Part shown: positions 1 to 8,415 of the stretch, in pieces | Numbering within the stretch: position 1 is the first letter of the stretch | How the letters are laid out: each line of letters opens with the position of its first letter | IMG/VR virus record: IMGVR_UViG_2615840715_000006 | Strand: one strand, 5' to 3' | DNA: 64,000 bases | Source: an uncultured virus (IMG/VR IMGVR_UViG_2615840715_000006) | Lineage: Duplodnaviria; Heunggongvirae; Uroviricota; Caudoviricetes | Notes under the pieces: generated by a model | The model's database searches: none | The model's input: only the letters and a program-made list of their open reading frames with translations | What the model was told of the DNA's origin: nothing | Made by a program: the position numbers and the translations under genes

Positions 1-180
1 CTAGATCTCATCGGTCACGCGCAAAGTGATATCTCTCTCGTTGGCTTTGTACTCCACCACGGGCGGACAGGCGGTCGCGATGCCGGGCTCAGAACCGACC
101 GTCGCGCAGCCGCTGAGCAAGCTCGTTACGATCGCGAGGGCGGCGAGCCGCTGCTTCCAGCATCTGGCGGTGGACATCAT
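1..180 (-). CDS. Rz1-like o-spanin lipoprotein (C-terminus possibly replaced)
   Basis: Basic N-terminus, hydrophobic stretch, lipobox LLSG-C; overlaps the 3' end of the Rz-like gene in another frame. Confidence 0.55.
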   Translation of the reverse strand: MMSTARCWKQRLAALAIVTSLLSGCATVGSEPGIATACPPVVEYKANERDITLRVTDEI

Positions 181-346
181 TGGCCTTCTCCGTGGTCTCA
201 AGTCGCTCGGCGAGGCGGCCCGTCCGCTCGCCGGACCGCCGAAGCGACAGCAGGAACAGGAGCACGGCGAGGACGATGGCGCCGTAGCGCAGCGCCGCCC
301 GTGTCCACGGGCTGGCGGCGAACCCGGTCAGAAGCGCGGCGATCAC
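89..346 (-). CDS. Rz-like i-spanin
   Basis: N-terminal TM helix then charged helical tail; start overlaps endolysin stop. Confidence 0.6.
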   Translation of the reverse strand: MIAALLTGFAASPWTRAALRYGAIVLAVLLFLLSLRRSGERTGRLAERLETTEKANDVHRQMLEAAARRPRDRNELAQRLRDGRF

Positions 347-1017
347 CGCCGCCCCCGGCGCCAGTCGTCGAGGCGGGCATAGATGGTGACCGCGATGCCA
401 CCGAGTGCCACCGCGATGAACACCCAGCGGAGCGTATCGAGGTACGGGACGAGCGGCAGGATGGCGGATTGGGTCTCGGCCAGAACGCTATGCGCAACCT
501 CGACCCCAGCCGCGCCCAGCGTGGCGACACCGGCCGCGCCACCACCCTTCATGGTACGGCTGTCGGCCAGCACTTCGCGCGCAGGCGGGGTTTCAGCCGC
601 GAAAGCCGTCTCCCGGACCGGGAAGCGCTCGCCCCACTGACGCGCCGGGCCAAGATCGACATGGATGAACCCCGAGCGCGGATAGAAGCCGAAGCCGAGG
701 AAGCCCACCTCCCGTGCCGCCGCCTCGAAGGCCACCGGATCGTGGTTCGCCATGGCGATGTCGAAGGCGGCGCCGTCGAGATGCTTCGACCGGCCCGCGC
801 CCCCCACGGCACGGTTGTGCTCTGGGCTGCGGTAGGCGGAGCGGACGATCAGCGGCTTGCCCAGCCGGTCGCGCAGCGCCTGCAGCTTGTCGAGGGCGGG
901 TTCCTTGACCAGCAGCTTGCCGGTACCTCGGCAGGCGATTTCGGCGGGCGAGAAGTTCGGCCAGCGCCAGGCGCTCTCTGGCACGTCTCGCCAATGGCGG
1001 TGGAAGGTCGTGGTCAT
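343..1017 (-). CDS. Endolysin, peptidase M15A family, with hydrophobic C-terminus
   Basis: SAYRSPEHN, SKHLDGAAFD and FIHVD zinc-peptidase motifs; GGAGG RBS. Confidence 0.85.
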   Translation of the reverse strand: MTTTFHRHWRDVPESAWRWPNFSPAEIACRGTGKLLVKEPALDKLQALRDRLGKPLIVRSAYRSPEHNRAVGGAGRSKHLDGAAFDIAMANHDPVAFEAAAREVGFLGFGFYPRSGFIHVDLGPARQWGERFPVRETAFAAETPPAREVLADSRTMKGGGAAGVATLGAAGVEVAHSVLAETQSAILPLVPYLDTLRWVFIAVALGGIAVTIYARLDDWRRGRR

Positions 1018-1034
1018 GGGGGTCCTCCGAAACG

Positions 1035-1057
1035 AAAAAAAACCGCCTCGAGGGCGG
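1035..1057 (-). terminator. Intrinsic terminator upstream of endolysin
   Basis: Minus strand CCGCC-CTCGA-GGCGG followed by T8. Confidence 0.65.
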
Positions 1058-1092
1058 GTGCGGTTGGGCTGGTGAACGGGGGTGTTGAGCGG

Positions 1093-1380
1093 CTACGGGC
1101 CGCCGCCGAAGATCTTCAGCTTGATCGCTATACCCGCGAGCAGCGCCAGCATGACGCCGGTGGTGATCATGCGGACGGCGGTCTGCATCGCGGTGCGGCG
1201 GACCAGCCGGATGCAGTCGACCAGGGAGCGCAGATCGCGGATGTCGAGCGCGGCCTCGTCGCCGTCGAGGCCGACATCGGCCAGCGCACGCTTGGCGCCT
1301 TCCTCCGCCGCCCGGGTCAAGATCGCCTCGAACTCGGCGTCGGGCATGCGCACGAAGCCCTCGGATCGGGGTGGGTTCAT
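1093..1380 (-). CDS. DUF6127-like small membrane protein (holin candidate)
   Basis: 95 aa, single C-terminal TM, adjacent to endolysin. Confidence 0.6.
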   Translation of the reverse strand: MNPPRSEGFVRMPDAEFEAILTRAAEEGAKRALADVGLDGDEAALDIRDLRSLVDCIRLVRRTAMQTAVRMITTGVMLALLAGIAIKLKIFGGGP

Positions 1381-1399
1381 CGGATCCTCCTTCCGCCGC

Positions 1400-2476
1400 T
1401 CAGCCGACCTTGCAGCCCCAGAAGGACGTGTGGTCGGCGGCGAAGTAGCCGTCCGCGACCCGGAAATACCCCTGCAGCTCGACGGTATCGCCTGCCGTCA
1501 GCGGCACCATGGTCTGAAGCCAGATCGCGGTAGCGAGCGAGACATGAGTGGCGGAGATTTCGCCGAGGGAGCCGCGGATTTCGGTCGTGCCGTTCAGGAC
1601 GAGCCGCCCGCGCATGCGGGCGGTGGCGCTGGCGTTGATCTTGTACAGCAGAGTCGCGCCGAAGAGGTAGGTGCCGTCCACGGGGGCGACGAAGTGGTTG
1701 TTCACGGCGTCGAACGCGCCCTGATCGTTGTAGTCGGTGTTGTTAAGGCCGATCTTGGTCCAGGTGCCGACGCCGACGTAGTTGTCGTAGTTCGTGTAAG
1801 CCTTGAACCGCGGCAGCCGGGGCTGATCGACAATGCCGGTGGCGTTGTCGACGCTCAGCCCGTCGAAGAAGGTGCTGCCGTCGGCGGAGACCGCGAGCCG
1901 GAAGCGGTCCGACCCGAACAGCCCCACCAGCGCCTTGGTCACGAAGCCGGTCTGGAGGGTCAAACCGAGATCGTCGCCGGCCGCCTCCTTGTTCATGGTG
2001 TAGAACAGGTCGCCGGTGCCGCCCTCGGCCACGGTCCTCGCCGTCCAGAGCGCGGCGTTGAGCTTGGCCGAGAACGGGTTCGATGCATCCGCCGTGGTGC
2101 CAACCCCGAGGAGCGCCATGTTCTGCAGCGCCGCCGGTGTGGTCCCGAGCCAGCCCGCGCCATCGTAGACCAGCAGCAGGCCCTCGTCCTCGACCCATGC
2201 GCGCCAGCCGATCCGCGGGGGAAGTCGCAGCCAGGCGCCATCGGTCCAGAGCGCGACGTTCAGGTCCCATCCGGACCATTCGCCCGTCGCGCCCGAGGCG
2301 ACGATGTAGCGATCGCCATCGGCGGGACTGCCGGGCGGCGCTGTCAGATCGCGGTCGAGCACCGAGAGCTGCACGAGCCCGTCGAGCAGCCGCAGCGCCT
2401 CGTTGTGGGTGACGTGCTTCTGGGCCTGCGCCGCCAGGATGTAGGGCAGCAGGAGATGGGTCGTGGCGTCGGACAT
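1400..2476 (-). CDS. DUF2793 tail-fibre-like protein with C1q-like C-terminal domain
   Basis: AQAQKHVTHNEAL N-terminus; C-terminal FVAPVDGTYLF..LTAGDTVEL pattern. Confidence 0.8.
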   Translation of the reverse strand: MSDATTHLLLPYILAAQAQKHVTHNEALRLLDGLVQLSVLDRDLTAPPGSPADGDRYIVASGATGEWSGWDLNVALWTDGAWLRLPPRIGWRAWVEDEGLLLVYDGAGWLGTTPAALQNMALLGVGTTADASNPFSAKLNAALWTARTVAEGGTGDLFYTMNKEAAGDDLGLTLQTGFVTKALVGLFGSDRFRLAVSADGSTFFDGLSVDNATGIVDQPRLPRFKAYTNYDNYVGVGTWTKIGLNNTDYNDQGAFDAVNNHFVAPVDGTYLFGATLLYKINASATARMRGRLVLNGTTEIRGSLGEISATHVSLATAIWLQTMVPLTAGDTVELQGYFRVADGYFAADHTSFWGCKVG

Positions 2477-2486
2477 GGGATGGCCT

Positions 2487-5400
2487 TCAGAGTATCAGCG
2501 TGAGGGTCTTGGGCGCGCCCCGCCCGACGAGGGCGGAGAGCTGGTAGATGCGGCTGTCGAGCGTGTCACCGGGGCCGAGCGGCGCGCCCCAATCGGCGGT
2601 CTGGTCTGCGGCGGTGTAGACCGCGCTGGTGGTGGCGGTGCTCAGCACCCGCTTAACGGTCGCGCCATCAAGGATCTCGACCTCGTAGGCTTCGAGCTCT
2701 TCTCCGAGCGGCACTTCTAGCCCGCCCCAGCTGTCGGCCGCGAGAGCTCGGGACCGGCGCGTCCAGCGGATCGTCAGATCGCCGGGCGTGCGCGGCCTGC
2801 GCCACGGCTGCTCGACATGGGCGCCGGAGAACGGCCGCAGCCCGACGCCCGCGGGCGTGAAGGATTGCGCCACATAGGTCTCGTCGCTGACGGGGCGGCT
2901 CGCCGGACCGATGCGCCAGTTCCACGGCAATCCGAGATCGGCCTCGGCAATCGGCAGGGACGCCAGCGACGCGTCCAGCACCACGACAAGAGCGCCAGCG
3001 GGCGCCGGATTGCCCATCGCGCCCTCGGTGCCGCGCTGGCCGCGCAGGAGCCGGGTCAGCCGGTATCGACCCGGCGCCAGCAGCTCGGCCGCGCCCGCCT
3101 GCACGATCTCCCAGGTGCCGGGCGCGCTCTCGATAGCCAGCGCATTGGCGCCGCCCAACAGCGTCAGGTCGGTGACGCTCTCCAGCGTGCCGGTGAGCAG
3201 ATCGACCACAAGCGCATTGCCGTGGTCGAAGCGTGAGGTGGGGCCCGGATAGAAGTCCGAGACCAGCGCTCCGATCCGGGCGCGGCTGCCGAACGTGGTC
3301 AGCAACTCGAACCCGTCCGTCGAGGGGCTGCGGAACACCGCCATCTCGCCCGGCCAGGGAAGAGCGTGCGCCGCGACAAACGGTCGATGCGCGGGCTGGT
3401 CCTCGGTCAGCTGCGGCAGGTCCATCAGCACCGCGTCCGGCGCGCCGAACACCACGGCCCGCGTCAGCGACGCCGCGCGGGGATCGCCGGGCGGCAGATC
3501 GTAAGTCGCACGGTCCTGCCGCACCGCCTCGATGCCGCGCGCTGCCGCGTCGGCGATGGAGACGAGCCGCAGATCGACCAGACGCCCGTCATGCGCGAGC
3601 CGGATCGCATCGGCCGGATCGAACGCGAGGCGCGAGGGTGGCAAACGGAACGCCGCCGTCTCGCGGCCCACCCACGCCTCCATCAGCGCGCGGCGGCAGC
3701 GCCTCTCGGCCTCCTCGGGCGGCACCGCCATTGGAAAGGACTCGGACGCGATCCGGGTCGTGTCCACGGTGATGCGCCGGGCCTCGACGAGGGCCGCGTC
3801 GTAATCCTCGTCGGCGCGGGCGACCTGCCATTTCAGGGCCTGCGGCAGTTCGGTCTCCTGGCCGCGCGTCAGTTCCAGCACATCGCCCTCGCGGGTGGCC
3901 ACCAGATCGTCGGGCGCGAGGGTGGCGACGGAGGCCCGGCCGCGCATGACAAAGCGGATCCCCCCCTCTGTCTCGACGGCGTCGAAGCCGAAATGCCGCG
4001 ACAGCGTTGTGATCGAGGCGCGTGGGCTTTCCAGCGCCGTGATGGCGTAGCCTTCGACCGCGCCCCAGAGGCCGGTGACGTCGATCCGGGACTCGGGCAG
4101 CCCGGCGCGCAGGCAGAGGTGCCGCACGAGCGCCGCCAGCGACACCGCGCCAAGCCGTCCGGTCAGCCAGTGCCCCAGCCGCCAGTTCGCCCCGTCCGTC
4201 CAGACATCGGTCAGCGCCGGAAAGAACGGGTACGGCCGCGCGTCCCAGGTCCAGGCGGCGCATTCCGGCACATGCACCATCCGGCCGCCGTAGACCGATG
4301 ACACCGGGTTGTTCGCCGGGACGCCCCACCAGAGGTACGTCGCCTCGAGATAGGCGCGCTGGATCGCGTCGTCGCGCCAGCCCCGCGAGAAATGCGGCGT
4401 GAAGCTCTCGGACGACTTCGGGTCGAAGAAGACGTTCGGCTGGTTCGTGCCCCGGTCGATGGCGGGACAGCCGAGCTCGGTGAACCAGATCGGCTTCGAC
4501 TCCGGCGCCCACGCCGTCAGCGTGCCGCTCTCCACCCCGCCCGGGCGGTCGTAATGCGCGTTCGACCACCAGGCGCGAAGATCCTTGTAGCGGAAAACCC
4601 ATGGCTTGCCCGCCGCGCCATCGCTGATCGGGGTGCGCACCTGTGCCACCCGATCAGCCGCACTGGCATAGAACCAGTCGAAGCCTTCCCCGCCCGCAAT
4701 GTTCCCCTGCAGATAGGCCCGGTCGTAGATCGCAGGCCAGCCCGCCTGCGCATCCGCGTGCTCGAACCCGTCGCGCCAGTCCGACAGCGGCATGTAATTG
4801 TCGATGCCGACGAAATCGATCTCCGGGTCCGCCCAGAGCGGATCGAGGTGGAAGAACACGTCGCCCGAGCCGTCGCCCGGCTGGTGCCCGAAGTATTCCG
4901 ACCAGTCGGCGGCGTAGCCGATCTTCGTCCCGGCCCCGAGAATGGACCGCACATCGGCAAGGAGGTCCCGATAGCCCTGCACCGCCGGATAGGTGGCCGC
5001 GCCCGAGCGGACCGTCGTCAGCCCCGGCATCTCGGTGCCGATCAGGAAGGCATCGACCCCGCCCGCCGCCGCGCAGAGATGGGCATAGTGCAGCACCATG
5101 CGGCGCAGGCCCCAGTCGCCGGGCGTGCCTGTCCACGAAACCGATTGACCCGCCACGCTGAAGCTCGCAGGTGTCGCCGCGCCAAACAGCGCCGCGACCT
5201 GGCTTGCGGCCGTGGCAGTCTTGTCGACCGATCCCGCGTAGCCTGCCGCTGGAGAACAGGTGATCCGGCCCCGCCAGGGGAAAGCGGGCTGGCCGGTCTC
5301 GGCGGCGTTGTCGGAATAGGGGTTCGGCAGGGTGTTGCCGGGCGGCACGTCCATCAGGATGAATGGGTAGAATGTCACGCGCAGCCCGCGCGCCTTCATC

Positions 5401-6452
5401 TCCTGGATCGCCTGCACCACGGCGAAGTCGGACGGCGTGCCGCCATAGACCGGGCGGTCCTGGTCGTCGCGGCTGACCAGGAAGGCGTTGGCACGGCTCA
5501 CGCCGTTCACCGACCAACTGGCGGGCGTGGTCGACTTGGCCGAGACCTCGACGCCCGGCCGCACCTTGCAGGAGCCCGCGCGCAGGTCGTCGCCGAACCA
5601 GGCCACGACGAGGCTGACGCTCTCGACCGCAGGCGCCATCGCTTGCAGCCGGTCGAGCGCCTCCACCATGTCGGTGGAGTCGGCCAGCGCGTTCAGGTTC
5701 TCGGGCATCGTCGCGCCGCCATCGGTCTTGCGGATGGCCTGCGTGGCATATGTGAACTCGCCCGAGGCCGGGATCATGGTGACGGCGCGGGTCAGCCCCT
5801 CGGCGATGTCGGGATCGGCGAGCGGCCGGAAGACTTCGAAGGACAGCTGCGGCAGGCGGTTGCCGTAGGTCGAAAGCGCCAGTTCCTCGAAGACGACATA
5901 GGCGGTGCCGCGATAGGCGGGCGTGTTGGCTGCGCCCATCTTCCCCGCAATGAACGGGTCCGCCGTCTGCGCCTCGTCGCCGGGATACCAGCGCCAGGTG
6001 ACGCCGGAGAGGTCCATCGGCTTGCCGTCGGCCCAGATCCGGCCAATGCCGGTGATCGGGCCTTCACACAAGGCCACCGCGAAGCTGGCGTAGTACAGAT
6101 ACTCGGTGGTCTTGACCTTGCCGCCCCCGCCGCCCTTGCCGCCGCCCTGCGTCGTGGTCTTCGTCTCCTCGCGGAAATCGGTCGCCCAGATGATGTTGCC
6201 GCCCATCCGCATCCGGCCATAGAGCCGCGGGATCACCGCGCCCTCGGTGGCCGAGGTGATGCGCAGCGTGTCGAGCCGCGCGCCCTCGATGCGCTGGGTC
6301 GGCGCCAGCGACGAGATGATCCAGCTGTCGACGACCGAGCCGATGCTCGAGCCGATGAAGCCGCCGATGGTCGCGGCGCTCACGCCGAGGATCGCCCCGC
6401 CGATCGAACCGCCGATGGCGGCGCCGGCTGCACCGAGAACAAGCGTTGCCAT
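2487..6452 (-). CDS. Baseplate multidomain host-specificity protein (GTA g15/megatron-like)
   Basis: 1321 aa; TIM-barrel motifs GIDNYMPLSDWRDG and KPIWFTELGCPAID; LLRGQRGTE. Confidence 0.9.
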   Translation of the reverse strand: MATLVLGAAGAAIGGSIGGAILGVSAATIGGFIGSSIGSVVDSWIISSLAPTQRIEGARLDTLRITSATEGAVIPRLYGRMRMGGNIIWATDFREETKTTTQGGGKGGGGGKVKTTEYLYYASFAVALCEGPITGIGRIWADGKPMDLSGVTWRWYPGDEAQTADPFIAGKMGAANTPAYRGTAYVVFEELALSTYGNRLPQLSFEVFRPLADPDIAEGLTRAVTMIPASGEFTYATQAIRKTDGGATMPENLNALADSTDMVEALDRLQAMAPAVESVSLVVAWFGDDLRAGSCKVRPGVEVSAKSTTPASWSVNGVSRANAFLVSRDDQDRPVYGGTPSDFAVVQAIQEMKARGLRVTFYPFILMDVPPGNTLPNPYSDNAAETGQPAFPWRGRITCSPAAGYAGSVDKTATAASQVAALFGAATPASFSVAGQSVSWTGTPGDWGLRRMVLHYAHLCAAAGGVDAFLIGTEMPGLTTVRSGAATYPAVQGYRDLLADVRSILGAGTKIGYAADWSEYFGHQPGDGSGDVFFHLDPLWADPEIDFVGIDNYMPLSDWRDGFEHADAQAGWPAIYDRAYLQGNIAGGEGFDWFYASAADRVAQVRTPISDGAAGKPWVFRYKDLRAWWSNAHYDRPGGVESGTLTAWAPESKPIWFTELGCPAIDRGTNQPNVFFDPKSSESFTPHFSRGWRDDAIQRAYLEATYLWWGVPANNPVSSVYGGRMVHVPECAAWTWDARPYPFFPALTDVWTDGANWRLGHWLTGRLGAVSLAALVRHLCLRAGLPESRIDVTGLWGAVEGYAITALESPRASITTLSRHFGFDAVETEGGIRFVMRGRASVATLAPDDLVATREGDVLELTRGQETELPQALKWQVARADEDYDAALVEARRITVDTTRIASESFPMAVPPEEAERRCRRALMEAWVGRETAAFRLPPSRLAFDPADAIRLAHDGRLVDLRLVSIADAAARGIEAVRQDRATYDLPPGDPRAASLTRAVVFGAPDAVLMDLPQLTEDQPAHRPFVAAHALPWPGEMAVFRSPSTDGFELLTTFGSRARIGALVSDFYPGPTSRFDHGNALVVDLLTGTLESVTDLTLLGGANALAIESAPGTWEIVQAGAAELLAPGRYRLTRLLRGQRGTEGAMGNPAPAGALVVVLDASLASLPIAEADLGLPWNWRIGPASRPVSDETYVAQSFTPAGVGLRPFSGAHVEQPWRRPRTPGDLTIRWTRRSRALAADSWGGLEVPLGEELEAYEVEILDGATVKRVLSTATTSAVYTAADQTADWGAPLGPGDTLDSRIYQLSALVGRGAPKTLTLIL

Positions 6453-6461
6453 GTCGGGGTC

Positions 6462-6908
6462 TCAGCGTTGCGGGAAGAGGAAGGCGAAGGCGATGCGCCG
6501 CCGCCAGGCATTGGTGAGCGGTTCCTCGATCACGCCGAGCCGCTCATAGGCGTGGAGGAAGGTGGCAGGACCGGTGAGGATCCCGACATGCTTGGCGATG
6601 GCGCGGGGCCTCATGCAGAAGAGGACCAGCGCGCCGGGACCGGCCTCGGCAGGCGACACCTCGATCATCATGCGCCGCGCGCCTTCGGCCAGAACCTCGC
6701 GCGGGCCGGTCTCGCCCCAGTCGCGGCTGTAAGGCAGAATCGGGAACGGCTCCGGCCCCACCACGTCGCGCCAGACCCCCCGCGCGAGCCCGAGGCAATC
6801 GCAACCGACGCCGCGCAGGCTGGCCTGGTCGTGGTACGGCGTGCCGAGCCAGGAGCGTGCGACGGCGACGACACGCGCGGGGTCGGCCGATGCGAGAGGT
6901 TGCGTCAC
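6462..6908 (-). CDS. NlpC/P60 tail peptidase (GTA g14-like)
   Basis: WLGTPYHDQ, GCDCLGL, KHVGI. Confidence 0.9.
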   Translation of the reverse strand: MTQPLASADPARVVAVARSWLGTPYHDQASLRGVGCDCLGLARGVWRDVVGPEPFPILPYSRDWGETGPREVLAEGARRMMIEVSPAEAGPGALVLFCMRPRAIAKHVGILTGPATFLHAYERLGVIEEPLTNAWRRRIAFAFLFPQR

Positions 6909-7789
6909 AGCACGCCTCCCTCGTGGCCGCCATCCTTGGTGGCGTAGCGCAGCACGGCATCCTGGCCGGGGATGTGCGGGAACCCCCGGAAGTTGGCCGT
7001 GTTGGCGAACCTGGCGCCGCAGGTCTCGATCCGCTTATCGCAGCCCGCACGGATGGTGAAGGCATTGCCCTCGGAGATCTCGCGCACCGGCGCCTCGAGA
7101 AGGGTCAGCACGGCGATGCCGTCCGTCACATCATGGCCGAGAACCTCGGCCCGACGCCCCGCGTTGGAGCCACTGGTCCATTCGATGGTCCCGAAGGTGA
7201 ACCAGCCGGAGGCGAAGCCGCCGAGGCCCGAAGCGGTGAAGGCGCGGTCGCGTAGAAGGTCGATCACGACGCTCGTGCCCTTGAACGCCGGGTTCTCCAG
7301 ATCGACGCCGCAGCGCGCATCGCCGAGCGCGGCATCGCAGGTCGCCTGGAACGTCCGCCCGATCGTCTGGCCAAGCACATGCGCGAGCGAGCGGACTTCG
7401 GCGACGAAGGCCAGCCGCCCGCGCCGGATCTGGCCGATGGCCCCGCGCCGCATCAGCACGCGCTGGTTCGTGTCGGCCCAGTTCACCCGCCAGACTTCGA
7501 CCTCGGCGTTATCCCAGCGGCCGTCGAGGATGTCGGTCTCGGTAATCCGGTCCGAGGTCAGCACGCCCTCGGCGTCCTGCGCATCGACCGAGAGGTCCGA
7601 GCCGGAACGGACCTCGGAGGCCGTCAGCCCGCTCTCGGGCTCGAAATCCGTCCCCTCGAAGCTGAGCGTCCGATCGTGGTCGGTGAAGCCGAAACTCGTG
7701 CCGTCGGCGCGCACGATCCGCCAGCACCAGGCGAGCGTCGTCGTTCCCTCGTCGAGATGGGCCTGCAGGTCGGGGTCGAGGGACTTCAT
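6905..7789 (-). CDS. Baseplate hub DUF2163 (GTA g13-like)
   Basis: GFTDHDR; CDAALGDARC and GCDKRIETC cysteines; NFRGFPHIPG. Confidence 0.9.
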   Translation of the reverse strand: MKSLDPDLQAHLDEGTTTLAWCWRIVRADGTSFGFTDHDRTLSFEGTDFEPESGLTASEVRSGSDLSVDAQDAEGVLTSDRITETDILDGRWDNAEVEVWRVNWADTNQRVLMRRGAIGQIRRGRLAFVAEVRSLAHVLGQTIGRTFQATCDAALGDARCGVDLENPAFKGTSVVIDLLRDRAFTASGLGGFASGWFTFGTIEWTSGSNAGRRAEVLGHDVTDGIAVLTLLEAPVREISEGNAFTIRAGCDKRIETCGARFANTANFRGFPHIPGQDAVLRYATKDGGHEGGVL

Positions 7790-8415
7790 CGGCGCAGTTC
7801 CAGAAGCGGGATGGAGGTGATCGAGCCGAGCCGCTCGAGGTCGAGCGTCACGTCGAGCGCGTCGGTGTCGAAACGGACCGGCACGTCGAACTCGAAGCCC
7901 GCGGTGATGGCGGCGCCAGCGCCCGGCGCGGTGCTGAAGGTGACGACGCCGGTGGCGGTGTCGACCGACCAGCCGGAAGGCTGCTCGACCCCGCCGAGCG
8001 CGATGCGCGCGGTTCCGGTCACCGGCTTCGCGACGGCGCGCGTCCAGGATTGCGCACCCGAGGCGTAGCGCTTGACCAGCTGGAAGGCGGTCGTCGCGCC
8101 GTCGCCCGTGCCGATAGACTGATCGGTGGGCGACGGCGTGCCCGAAGGCAGGCAGGACTTGTGGTCACCCCAGTCCTTGAACCGGAAGCCATGCAGGCGG
8201 CCATTGCGCGCCTCGAAGAAGGCGACGACGGCGGCCAGATCGTCGGCGCGGCGGATGCCATAGGCGACATCGTAGCGGCGGCGCGAATTGGCCCAGCTGG
8301 CGTTGCGCTCCTCGTCGCCCGAGGCGAGCTCGACGATCTGCGTGCGCCGCTCCGGTCCGCCCCGCGCACCTCGGCTGATGTTGTCGGGAAACCGGACCTC
8401 GTGAAACGCCATCAC
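7786..8415 (-). CDS. Distal tail protein DUF2460 (GTA g12-like)
   Basis: FHEVRFP, GFRFKDW, FDVPVRFDTD. Confidence 0.9.
   Translation of the reverse strand: MMAFHEVRFPDNISRGARGGPERRTQIVELASGDEERNASWANSRRRYDVAYGIRRADDLAAVVAFFEARNGRLHGFRFKDWGDHKSCLPSGTPSPTDQSIGTGDGATTAFQLVKRYASGAQSWTRAVAKPVTGTARIALGGVEQPSGWSVDTATGVVTFSTAPGAGAAITAGFEFDVPVRFDTDALDVTLDLERLGSITSIPLLELRR

Noticed and set aside
2487..8415. Bona fide gene transfer agent cluster
   Set aside because: Linked to its own replication, integrase, cos-like site and lambda-type head
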